Shown here one piece after another: positions 1 to 13,553 of a DNA stretch of 64,000 nucleotides. Origin of the DNA: Octopus vulgaris (taxonomy: Eukaryota). Location: positions 181,598,001 through 181,662,000 of the forward strand of contig OX597814.1 in NCBI GenBank assembly GCA_951406725.2, written 5' to 3'. The position numbers and the translations under genes were made by a program. The notes under the pieces were generated by a model. The model was not told the DNA's origin. It searched no databases and saw nothing but the letters and a program-made list of their open reading frames with translations. Position 1 is the first letter of the stretch; every line of letters begins with the position of its first letter.

Positions 1-35
<35 letters not shown>

Positions 36-966
36 CTTTGGTTGTTTTGTTGTCATAGTCAAGCAAACTTATAGCATGTAGATGGAGTTCAACATTTTTA
101 TAATTGTCCATTTTTTTTCACATCAATCATAGTCCCACATGTATATATACCTTACATCTATAAAAATATATCCTCATATTCCCTTGGCATTTCCATCATG
201 GGCAAAATCCATGTGAACAAAAATTTAACAAATTGTACCACTAAAGACAATCTAAAAACCATCAACTTCTCAATGGCCACAAATACATTAAATTTTTAAA
301 TTATATACAAATGTTAAATACCCACAAGGAGCAGCTCAGTGGCTCACCTGTGGGCCACAACTTACCTGTTACCAAGCCCTGATGTATATCGTCATGTGTT
401 GGCAAACAATTAAATTATTAGATGTGGTACAGTGTGGTATTGTGTAGTATATAGCAGAGGTGTGTTGTTTGGTGTAGTGCAGTGAGATGTAGTGAAATGC
501 ACAGAATGCAGTTTAGTGCTGTGTAATGTGATATGATTGGTTTAGTACTATGACAATGTAGTATTATGTAATGTTGTTATGCGGTGTGGCAAAGTACAGT
601 GTGCTGGATTGTTTGGTAGTGTGGTGTAGTACTAGAGCATGTACTGTGGTGAGATTGATATGTGATACAGAGGAACAGTATTTAGACATTGAAGACAATT
701 CAGAGTTTTCTCTCTTGCAGTGCACAGAGCTGATGATAGCCAATTAGTTAGAAATGTATTCACAGTTCTGCCAAAGAAGCGTGCCTTGATATGATCATTG
801 GTGTTTTTCAACACCTATTGCATAAAACAGGAAAGGTTATCCATGGCAAATTAGCAGTGAATACAGCCTTTGTACAAGTTAAATATGTCCCAAACATATC
901 TTTTAGTTGTTTGTTTATTTAGATACCATATTTTTCAATTGACAAATTGTTTTCTCCTATTTTCAG

Positions 967-1092
967 GCATTTTAACAATTATCAATGTACTGAGTGTACG
1001 GGCAGCAATGAGAATACAAGATGTGTTCACCACAGCAAAAATATTGGCTCTTGTGATAATCATAGTGGCTGGTGTAGTCCAGCTTGCTAGAG
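967..1092 (+). CDS. SLC7 transporter exon ([42 protein letters not shown])
   Basis: tttcag acceptor, gtaaat donor, phase 1/1; TM4-TM5 motif QDVFTxAK. Confidence 0.93.
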
Positions 1093-2382
1093 GTAAATCT
1101 ATTATTAATTATTTACTTTTATATTTCACTTGGTGACTAAGTGTTGTCCAAAGATCCAGTCATTGCATGTATTGATAGCAAGAGTAACAAGGGAGTATGT
1201 GTGCAACATGGTATAGATCAAATATCACCAGGAATTTCATTCAAAAAGTTCCAGTTTTTCATTTTTATTATCTATTTTTATATCTTTCACTAATATACTT
1301 CAGCAAAAGATATCCAAATGTCACTTACAAGGCATCAATCAACTCTAGGCTTTGGTATAAGGGACCTTGCACTAGGATCAAACCTCCGAATCAAATGGTT
1401 ATGAAACAAAATGCTTAAGTATACAACTAACTATATTTCATCTCATTTAATATCATTCAAACACTATCAAAGGCCATGTGTCTGAACAATTAATGAACTA
1501 AGCCAACACATTTTTTTAATATAACTGATTTTATATAGCTTCTGTCAAGAAAAGGTAAAGACAAATGTTACTCTCAATATGCTGGTTGAGCAAATAATGT
1601 TAGGAAGGTATATATATGTAAAAAAAAAAACATAGGTAAAATATTTCCTGCATTATCATTATTGTTTTAATACATGTTTTTTGATGTTGTTTTGTTTCAA
1701 TAAATTACTAATATAAATTACTTCACATATTTCTTCTCAAAAATCAGTAACTTGTTTTCTTTCTTAGGTGAAGTGCAGTTTTTTAAAGAACCATTTGAAG
1801 GCACAAGTATGAGTGCAACAAAAATATCCCTGGCATTTTATTCTGGACTCTACTCCTATTTTGGATGGTATGCACTTTTCTCAACCATATATTTTTATAG
1901 TTTTATAGACTCAAAATATTTTTACCCACTCTTTTAAGCAGAAGCTTTAACTAGTATAAATCATCCAAAAAGTTCTGTTAACATCAGCCAAAATTTCACC
2001 TATCAATACTTAACAATGTAATCATGACAAGTTGTCCTTGAATATTTTTGTAAAGTTAAGGAAGTCATGTTTTCATAGATATGAAGGCTTTTTTTTACTA
2101 TGAAACTAAAAACTGATATTACTAAAAGACTTCCCTTTGGTAAGCATATTATTCAATATTACACTCTTGGAGTGGTTGGCGTTAGGAAGGGCATCCAGCT
2201 ATAGAAACTCTGCCAGATCAAGATTGGAGCCTGGTGCAGCCATCTGGTTTGCCAGCCCTCAGTCAAAATCGTCCAACCCATGCTAGCATGGAAAGCAGAC
2301 GTTAAACGATGATGATGATGATGATGATGATGATGACGACGAGGATGATGACGACGAGGATGATGATGATGATGATGATGCC

Positions 2383-2418
<36 letters not shown>

Positions 2419-4357
2419 AACGACAACGATGACATCTACACAGTAACATATATCAGAAGAAAATAACATTGAAATTTAAATGCAGCTGGATCCAGGATTA
2501 GACCCAGTTTTCCATTGAAACCATTCACTGTTTAATCTTCTGGACAATGTCTTCTGATGTTTCTTTACAGCAGCTAATTGTATAGCATATCAATTATCAT
2601 AATGATCACAACACTTAGCTAAGAACAATAAGATACCTAGATTTCTATTGCTAATTGAATCTTTAGACAGCAATGTTGATTCTTAGTTCTGAACAACATT
2701 CTGTGAGCAAGAAACAAAACTGATGAGTAGAAGGTATCAATTTTGCAGGACAACAGCTAAAAGTGTACAAATATATTCATGGATTATATAATGTGTTCAG
2801 AAGTTCTTCATCATTATGATGCTAGACTAGTTTTCTAGTTTCAAATTCAAGACCACTAAAACAAACTCTAAAGAGTTTAAAGATATCAATACAGAATCTG
2901 ATGACCAAAATAATATGATTTTAGTTGTGGTAATGCATTATCACCATAACTTTATCCTGATGATGAAACTGTGAAGGTCCTGATATGCTAATGGATGAAT
3001 AGTGATGGTGGTGATGTAGATATTTAAATTAATGCTATCATTTTTTTTTTTTTGATATTTAAAATGCTATACAATTTTATTTTAAATTCTGTTTTAATAT
3101 ATTAAACAAAATAAATTTTTAATTTGCTGATTCTGTTTTTCAGGAATTTTTTGAATTTTGTCACTGAAGAGCTTGACGACCCATACAAGTAATATTTTCC
3201 TTTCTAAAAAATACCAAAAAAAAAGAAAATAATTTTGTTTCATTTAGCTTTTAGTTGTTAACTTGATATTCTTTTATTCTTTTATTTGTTTCAGTCATAT
3301 GACTGTGGCCATGCTGGAGCACAGCCTTAAGATATATCTAGTTAATTTTCTGACTCTTCCACATGCATGCATTATCTGTATGCAACAGAATACAAACTCT
3401 GCTACAGTAAACAACAACCTTGCAAACATTGATCAGCTGACTGTGGCACCTTTCCCTTACATACTTGTGGCTTGTGCATATGTGAGAAATCATTACCTGA
3501 CCCCTAAAAATTATGAAAAGTGGTTAATATTTCCTTCAAACAATTCTTTTGTTATGATATTTATTCGAACTTCTCAACACATGACTATGATGCTCTCCCA
3601 CCACTTCTGCTCATTATCAGAGATGCACATACTGCCAGCCACTTAGGAACATGTTCAAGTGGTTAAGGTCAAGCAATTGACAAGCAAGTCTGTGGTATTG
3701 AGCAGAACATTTGCTATAACAATATTTCGGCTTCAGCAACTCAGCACTGAAAATAGGTCAGTTTCAAAACATTGATGTCCAGGTCGAGAACAAGAAAGCA
3801 ATTGCCCAAGAACAGGTACAATTTCTCTAACTGGCTCCCACATGGTTTCCATTTGTCCAAATTCACTCAAATGTCTTAGGTCAGTCCAAGTCTGTGTTAG
3901 AAAACACTTTCCCAAAGCTCCAGATAATGGAATCAAACTCAGAAACACATGGTTGCCAAGCAGACATCTTAACCACATAGCCTTGACTGCACACATTGTA
4001 TAAAACCCAAATAAATAGATCTTAAAGAAGTAATTAAGAGAAAACATTGTCTAATTTATTGTTGATTCTTATAATTTACCTGAATCAGTTTTATTGCAAT
4101 GAAGAAGAGAAAACTGTCCACTTTATCATTAGGATTTACTAAAGTCAAAACATGGAATGAACTTACTTTTGAAATATCTAATGATAATTATTTCTCATTT
4201 AAGGAATTTACCCCGAGCTATCTACATCTCACTTCCATTGGTAACTGGTCTCTTTGTGTTGGTTAATATAGCTTACTTCACTGTTGTCTCTCCTTTTGAA
4301 ATGCTTCATTCAAATGCTGTTGGTGTGGTAAGTAATTCCTAATTGATTTCTATAATA

Positions 4358-4400
<43 letters not shown>

Positions 4401-7211
4401 GACCCTTTCCAGTCATGAATGATCATGGGATTGCACCTAGAAAGTTCCCCTCCGAGGCACAAGTCTAGGTAAGGTTGTTTATGGATGACCAGCAGTCGCC
4501 CATACATACCTGTCTCCCTTCTCCACGCTAGCAATGTTGGAAAAGTAAAGGCTAATACAGCTTGCCACCAGTTTGTGTATGTTCACATATGTTCCTTAAG
4601 CATTCAAAAACTTAGTTGTCGATTTTGATGTATGGGTTATCAAAAGATTCAGTAATCTTTCAGCTATCAAATGAACTTTATTTTCATTTACATATTTGCA
4701 TTACAAAAATTTAACATTATAATCTTTCTATAAGTCAACTATCGTAAACAGCATTTTATACCACAACAACAATGACAAGGTCACATCTATATCTATATAT
4801 TAGCAGATGTCTGTGTATCTGAATGTTTGTGCATAATGCCAATGAGGGAGTGGGAGGAGAGATAAAGAAACAGAGAAGCAAAGTGAGGCAGTGACTCTTT
4901 ACTTCTCCTGCTCCATTACCTCATTTGTCACAACGTTTTTTGATAGAGGGAGAAATGTAAATAATGTGTGTGAGTGAGTTAGAAAAAGAGAAAGAGAGAG
5001 AAATAAACAAACATAGACTAAAAGAGAGGAACCATTACAGAGGGTGAGAGAATATGTGTGAGCGAGAGAAACACAGATTGAGAAAAACCCAGAGATAAGG
5101 AAACAGAAAGAGAAAGCAAGATTCTATAGGAGAAGTTGGAAGAGAGAGGGATAGTGGGGAGGAGAGAGAGAGAGATGCTGATGTTTGATATTGTATGTAT
5201 GTTCTATAAGTGAAGGTGAAAGAAAGCCAGCACAAAGAGAGGGAGAAAGCAGGAGAGAAAGAGATACTGTTTGATACAGCATGTATAAGTTTTAATTTTC
5301 AAAAATTTTAATTCACAAAAAGTTTCCGAAAAAAATGTTCTCACTCTCTACAAGAGGAGAAGGGGTAGATGTAGATGATCGGTATTCTACAGTGAATCAA
5401 AGACAAGTGCAGGTAGCCACAGTAAGGTCACTAGAGACCGCTGCACAATGACAGCAAAGATATGAGAATGACTGAAGGAGAGCTGTGGCATGCAGGGCCA
5501 ATGAGAAAGGGAAAACCATTTAGAACAATAACGTCAACAAAATGCAATCTGCAGGAGCCAAAAGTCAAAAAGGAAAGAAGAAAATGTTTAAAGGATGCAA
5601 GACAAAGGCAAGCTGCCAGAGTTGTCAACGAAACAATAGGTCAGTGATAGATGAGACAATATAAAAAAAAAAAACAGTAACAAACAGTTGCTGCAAGAAT
5701 TTGTCAGTCCTCAGAGGAAAGACGTAAGTGTCTTCATCAAAATAGACTGAATATGTTTTTGACAAAAGAGTTGCACTTTTTAAGGCGACTTAGAAATGAT
5801 CAGCTTTCAACTATGATCCAAAACATGATTATTCTACAGAAATTGATTGATATTGGAATAATGTCAAAAGAGTGCAGCTTTTGTAAAGGAAAGAAATGGG
5901 AAAGAGATGTGTTGTGGTAGAGGAATGGTTGTTTTACTGACGTTTGGTACACCCTCAGATACTTAGAAGGCATTGCTTTTGGGAAACTCACCAAGGAGCA
6001 TGTACTTCTTAAAAAACATTAGGAATTATAATTCCGCCTTTCAAATGACCTCCTTTGATAGAAATATTATAGGAGATGGGAACATGAAGCCAACTTTTAA
6101 AGTTCAAGGTCAAGTATACCATTGTATTTGATCTTTGTTGCCAACTGAAGGCAAATTCCTCAGTTTTTTACAGCTGTGTTTTGTGGCAAATTACAAGGAG
6201 CAGGCTTTGCAATGGTCATTTAACCTTCCAAATTTGAAAGAAGAGTTTATCTTTGATCTGTTGCATGCAAACAATAACTGCATCAGAAGCTTCAAGTATG
6301 CACTGGAGTTTGCACCACCCACTATAAGGTAGTTATTGATGCAGGCAAAAAGCCTATTGCTGAGCACAGAGGCTGCTACAATGCCCCTGCTGCAAATGAA
6401 GTAGCAGCAATTATTACAGGCAACAAGTATGGGAAGAGAGATATTATTATTCAAGGAATAGGAAATAAAATTCAGCAGAAAAATGCAAACCATCGATCAT
6501 ATGATGCACTCCAGTATCCATTAATCTGTGTATTTGGCCAAGATAGATATCACTTTGATATTAAAAAAAAAACAGATACGTAGGCTTGGAGGCAAAGTTC
6601 TTACCACACCCCCACACCTGCACCATACTTATAAAATAAAAGTTTCGTTGTATTTATCTTATAAATAATTTCAGTTAAATTTCCTGTTACACATTTGTTT
6701 CTATTTCATTTAATTTCCAGATATTTGGAAACAAACTCTTTGGTGTAATGTCTTGGATTGTTCCAATATTTGTGGCTTTGTCAACATTTGGAGGAGTGAA
6801 TGGAATGCTCTTTACTTCTGGCAGGTAAAACACAAGTACATACATATGCGAGCATGCACGCACACACAAATAATACATATGTACATAGCCAACAGACAAA
6901 TACTAACACTAACACAAATTTCATTTTGGTATCATTAAAACTTTTGCATATATACTCTTATATACACACACGCAAACTGACACTCAGGTACACATTCTCT
7001 ATCTCATACCACTCTTTTTCTTATACACACACACACGCTCTCTCTTTCTCTCTCTCTCTCTTTCTTTCTCTCTCTCTCTCTTTCTCTCCCTCTCTCTCTC
7101 TCTCTCTTTCTCTGGCATTCACACTTTGTCCCTCCCATGTGCTCTGTCTCATACACACACAGACACACATACTCACACATCAAATTATTCACACACACAC
7201 ACTGACACACA

Positions 7212-7251
<40 letters not shown>

Positions 7252-10200
7252 TACAGAAGCACAAGCACTCTGACATACTTTCACTCACAAATCCAAAAGT
7301 AATGCATGTCTCCCCAGCCACTGCTAATTAAGACTTTTTTATTTCCCTGTGTAGTTAAAGCATGAATTTCTTTTAGTTATAATATATTCCACTACATTTA
7401 TTTAATTATTGCTTGAGACACTTGACACCTGTCACTCACAATATCTTCATTATTTTCTCGCAGACAATCTGCTTCCCCTCCTCCCCTTTTCATCAACCAT
7501 GAACTCAACCTATATTGAGGAAGGGCTTGGATAGTAATTAACAAACAGGATCTATTTTCCAGAAAAATGGTTCAATCTAAAATCTTTTGTGATGTAACAA
7601 CACTACAAATATAATTTACCAGTTACAAAAGCAATTTAATTTCACTGATTTCACCAAGAAGAGAACAATGACCCACCAAAGGAATACTGATAAAGGCTAA
7701 ATTTCTATCAACTAGTTCTGAATTCCCTGCTAAAATTCCTACATATTCTTTTGTTGATAAAATTAGTATTGTTAAAATTAGATTCAGTTACTGTGGAATG
7801 TGGTCACAAATTAGATGATTTATAGTGTATAGAAGTTTACTGCATGAAATGAATACTTGTTTCTCTTGGATTTTATATATCCTCTGTCATTGATATTTAG
7901 CCCAAGGAGGGCAGTGTGCTGGCAGAATCGTCAGCATGGTAGGTAAAATGCTTAGCAGCATTTTGTTTGTCTTTACATTCTGAATTCAAATGCTGCCTAG
8001 GTTGACTTTGCCTTTCATCCTTTTGAGGTTGATAGAATAAGTACCGGTTGATCACTGGAGTTAATGTAATCAGCTTACCCCCCCCCAATCCTGAAATTAC
8101 TGGCTTTGTGCCAAAATTTAAAACCAATATGTGGTGTTATGGGCTGTGATGAGCTATGTGGTGTTGGTGGAGAGGATTGCAGATGAGGTAGACGGAAGTG
8201 AAGACTGCAGGGGCTGGAAGAACAGCCATGGGGCATGCGTGGGCGGGAAGCACGTGCAGCAGTTCGAGGAGAATTGATTCTTGTTTCTAGCTTATTGAAC
8301 GACCACATGAAGTCTGCCCTGGCTGTTGTCTAGTTGAAAAAAATCCGCATACGCACATGTGCAAGTGAACGACAAGTTTGGAGTCTGTTGACGTAGGTGG
8401 GATGAGCAATCACTGTCAAGAAATAAACATGTCCTTGCATGCTGCCATCTCTCCTCAAACTGCCGCATGTGCTTCCTGCCCACGCACGCCCCATGGCTGT
8501 TCTGCCAGCCCCTGCAGTCTTCACTTCCATCTACCTCATCTACAATCCTCTCCACCAACACCATATAGCTCATCACAGCCCATAACAACACAAACACCAC
8601 ACAATATTTAACCCCAGGCTAACTCTGGACAAGATCTACAATTAAAATTTTATACTGTAGGGACATATTTCTATTTCTATGCCATACATATTCTTATTTC
8701 TTTATTGCCCACAAGGGGCTAAACATAGAGGGGACAAACAAGGACAGACAAAGGGATCAAGTCAATTACATCGACTTCAGTGCATAACTGGTACTTAATT
8801 TATCGACCCTGAAAGGATGAAAGGCAAAGTTGACCTCGGCAGAATTTGAACTCAGAATGTAACGACAGACAAAATACTGCTAAGCATTTCGCCCGGCATG
8901 CTAACGTTTCTGCCAGCTTGCCGCCTTTCTATGCCATACATATTCTACCATTGCTGACTTTGTTATTTCATGATTTTAAATTATTCAATGCTCTGTGATT
9001 CTAATATTTAATGTTTATAAAGTGGCAAGCTGGTAGAATCATTAGCATGCCAAGAAAAATGCTTAGTGACATTTTGTCTGTCTCTACGGCCTGAGTTCAA
9101 ATTCCACCAGGGTTGACTCTTCCTGTCATCCTTTCAGTGTCAATAAAATAAATACCAGTTGAATATTGGATCGATGTAATCTACAAACCCCCTCTCTCGA
9201 AATTGGTGTCCTCGTGCCAAAATGTAAAACCAATATTTAGAGTTATCCTATTTCATTTTTTTAAGCCCTACTCAATGTACACAGGATATAATTTTCTTGT
9301 CACTCATCTCTTGAATAAATATAATTCTGGGAAAAAAATTCAGAATTTAGTGTTTGTCCTGGACAATATTCTGAGGATAAATGACTGTTAAATACATGTC
9401 TCCTTTAGATATATCCTTACAACAAGGCTGCATCAATGTGGATTTTAGTTTTTACCTCCACCAATTATTGTTATTATTATTATTATTATTGTTATTATTT
9501 TTTGTATAAAAATATTGAAGGGTTAAAATATGAGTCTAAGAGTCCAACAGGCATTTCGTTTTCATATCAGTAAGATGTCTATAAGCTTAAATTCACTTAC
9601 TTGTAGGAAATGTGTACCATATCTTCTGGAAACATTCTTCAGCTTCATAATTACTTGGTAAATGCAATAATAAACCATTAAAGAATATACTTGTCTAGAA
9701 AACAAAAATACTGCAGATGGTCTATCTGTCTAAAGGAGTACAAGGAGTCTTCTTTAATCCAAATGCACATGTATGTATGTATGTATGTATGTATGTATGT
9801 TTATATGCAAGTATATATGTATGCATGCATACAAGCATATACTTCACATTACTCTTGTTATTAAAAGAATTATTTCCAGTTCAACCTGAAAAATTATCCC
9901 CATTATGCAAATATTTCTGTTTCTTCTTTTCAGATTATTTTTTGTTGGAGCCCGGGAAGGCCATCTTCCAGAATTATTAGCCATGATACACCTTGAAAAT
10001 CTCACACCACTTCCAGCCATTTTATTTACAGTAGGTCATTTAGTTTATCTGGCTAACAAATTTCCTCATTAATCATTTAGAAATAGTTAAGAAAAAATTA
10101 TTATTAAGATTCTGGAAAAAGACTGAAATATTCTTAGATATCCAAACAGGTATAAAATTATATATTCTTACAAATCATTATCCAGCTGGCAACTTATCCA

Positions 10201-13200
10201 GACCAACAAGTAAATAACTTTGGTCTTTCAATAACTATGTGTCACAACTTTACACACCATGACTACAGGTAATAACAGTAGTTTAGTAACTGAACTTGAT
10301 CCTGGCTGTTGACAGTTTGTTGTCTGTTCACCCACTCAGCATCTAGTGATATTTATCATTGACTCAATAAGTTCATCTGCCAAAATAGTTCACATTCACC
10401 ATGCTGCTTCCCATGGTTTTGTAGGAAGTGAGGTTGGCACTGGATGGGTGCCTCACAATTCCTTTCATAGTCGTGGAAAGGAAAATAGCGGGAACAAGAA
10501 TCTCCAAACAAATAACAATAATAATTCATTTCGCCTGAATAAGCATTTCCTCTCTAGACATCGGTAGCCTGGACGCCTTGGTGTGCGAAAAGCCGCAGGG
10601 CTGGTAGTTAGACACAAAAATACGATGGCATTTTCACAGACTCTCACCATTACTCGCAGTCAGAATTCCAGCTTCACAGAGCTGGTCTAAGTTGCGTCTT
10701 GTCTGGTCAGAAGCTGGGGCCGAAGAGAGAGAGGGTGGCGGTCAAGCCTAGCTGCTGCTGATGTCTGCGCATGCGCATAAGGGGCTTCCGGCAGACCTTC
10801 CGGAAGGCCCTAATCCCTTTGCATGCATGGATGAAAATTCCAAAATGGCGTCTGGAACCAGGTGTCCCTACAATTTCAACATAGTACTACTCAAGTGGTT
10901 ACCAAGTACTTGGCCTCCAAGGGGCCACTTGTGATTTAGTCTGGGGTTGTTTATTCTCATATTTAGAACTGACTTCTATTTACAGGCTAATTAACCCATA
11001 ACTGGGATCCTGACAAATGCTACTACTCTGGGTCACAGAACCTAGGAACAATAATGGCTAAGAGATGGTTCCACACTCCTCAAAACCTTGGAACTCCTGG
11101 ACCAGAGCCCCATTACTGGATGCAGTTTAAAGTCATTTCCAGGACATTCTTACCATTATTATATGTTGACTCAGTTTACAGCTCATATTCATATTTTCTT
11201 TACAATCCAATGGAAAGCCCTTTTATTTTCTGTGCTTTTAAAGGAAAACTGTGAATTAGCTGAAACATTGGAGCCGTAAACAAAATACCTAGCAGCAGTT
11301 GTTCTGATTCTTTACTGTCTGACTTCAAATTCCATCATCTCTACTTTTCAGCCTTCCAGGGTTGATAAATTACTGTCAGAATTGCTAGAGTATTGGACAA
11401 AATGCTTTGCACTATTTGTTGTAGCTCTTTACATTCTGAGTATCCTGGCAGATGTGACTAACTAAGGATGGTGCCTTGTAAAAATACCATAACGAAAGAG
11501 TATTTTTACAGAGAATTTTTACAAGCCAACAGGATGGTGTCTTGTAAAAATACCCTAACAAAGTAATAAGAAACCATCGTTATATTTTCCAAGGAAAATT
11601 CCAAGACAAGCATATAGCACTTATCAATAAAGGTATTTAGAGTCATTCATTAACCTGGTGGCACAGGAAGAAATGAATAAAGGATATCTTAAAGGAATTA
11701 AAAAACATATCTGCTAGAGATCTACTACCAATAAATTCAAAAGCATAACCCAGTACAATGAACAGTGCTAATAATAAGTGCTACTGCTATTATAGTGAGG
11801 GTACTTGGCCTTGAGGTTTGGGTGTTGAACCCATGATTGTTAGATCATGGATTTTATTTTTGGACTGGAACAAGGTACATCTTATGCTGTCCCAATCCAC
11901 TCGATTGAAAACAATACCATCAGCAGTAGCTAGTGTCTAACTGTGCTCTCAATTATTTAAATGCTGTAGACGCTAATAGGCCAGAGTTTATCCTATTTCC
12001 ATGTCATTTAAGTGGCTCAGAGTACAAAACTTCTGCCTTAATGGGATGACAGTCCATCACAGGGTCACGCCCTCCACCCCACCAGCTATTGTTTGTACAC
12101 ATTTGCTTGTAGACCTCAAAGCAGATATAACTGTTATAATTGTATCATTTGCATGCCATTTAAAATTCTTCAAACTACATCGAGAATATATCGCAGTATA
12201 ATTCTTCAACCACTTATCCTTGCTAACAGAACAATTAAAAGATGAAACCTAATTACGGCAGATATTTAATTTCTTCCATTATTAATACATGTTTAATTAC
12301 ATTTCATAATATTGCCGTTATTTAAAATAAACTCATTAAATATCCAGGCTACCGCTGTACACTTTCATCATGTGCTTCGTTGAATCTATCCTTCTCACCA
12401 AATTAATGACAGCAGCTGTTAGTGTCAAAGATTTTAGAGCAGAAACAGGAGATTTTTATGTTCATGACACTGCCAATAGCATTAACCCTTTCGTTACCAA
12501 CCTGGCTGAAACCAGCTCTGGCTCTGAGTACAAATGTCTTGTTTTCATAAATTTTGAATTAAAATCTTCCACCAAACCTTAGTCGCAATTTATGTTCCTA
12601 ACACTAGCTGAATGTTAACTAAGTTATTTTACTAAATTCTATGTTATATTTAAAGTAATTGAAAGAAACACAGAGCATCTCAAAATAAATACAGTAACGA
12701 AAGGGTTAAAGATGTGATTGAAATGGAAAAGTTCCAACCAGAATCCCTATAATTGGCTTACAGCAAAATTGAAGTCCAACCTAAGGCACACTTCATGTAT
12801 TTGAACACATTATTGTAGTAAATATTTTCAACACTTGAATCATTATAAAAATTTATCTAACGTATTTTTCAAATTTGATATGGAGAAAATCATGAACATT
12901 CAAAGCTATGAGCTAATTCTTATATAAATATAATTCTCTTTATCAGAATTTATTCATATCTTCTGTACTTAATCAATAATTTCTTTCTCAAATTTTCTAT
13001 TGTTTAGGGAACCCTGTCGTTGTGCATGCTAGTCTCTGATGATGTACTGGCATTGATTAACTATGTCAGTTTTGTCCAGTGGCTCTCAGTGGGGCTCTCC
13101 ATTTTTGCCCTCGTTTATTTGCGATACACAAAGCCTAATCTACCAAGACCTTTAAAGGTAAGTTTCAGTCATGAACCTTTCTGTAGTTAATATGGAGTGT

Positions 13201-13495
13201 TGTTTTCTATTATATAAAGCACCCATGCATTTAAATGACATTTGAAACTTTGAAATTAAATATCTAGTGTAATATACTCTTACTCTCTCTTTTACTCTTT
13301 TACTTGTTTCAGTCATTTGACTGTGGCCATGCTGGAGCACCGCCTTTAATCGAGCAAATCGACCCCGGGACTTATTCTTTGTAAGCCCAGTACTTATTCT
13401 ATCGGTCTCTTTTGCCGAACTGCTAAGTGACGGGGACCTAAACACACCAGCATCGGTTGTCAAGCAATGCTAGGGGGACAAACACAGACACACAA

Positions 13496-13553
<58 letters not shown>

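Noticed and set aside
2159-2449. Poly-Arg/His ORF, and similar poly-His/Ile/Ser ORFs at 56133-56581 and 16135-16380
   Set aside because: Translations of trinucleotide microsatellites.
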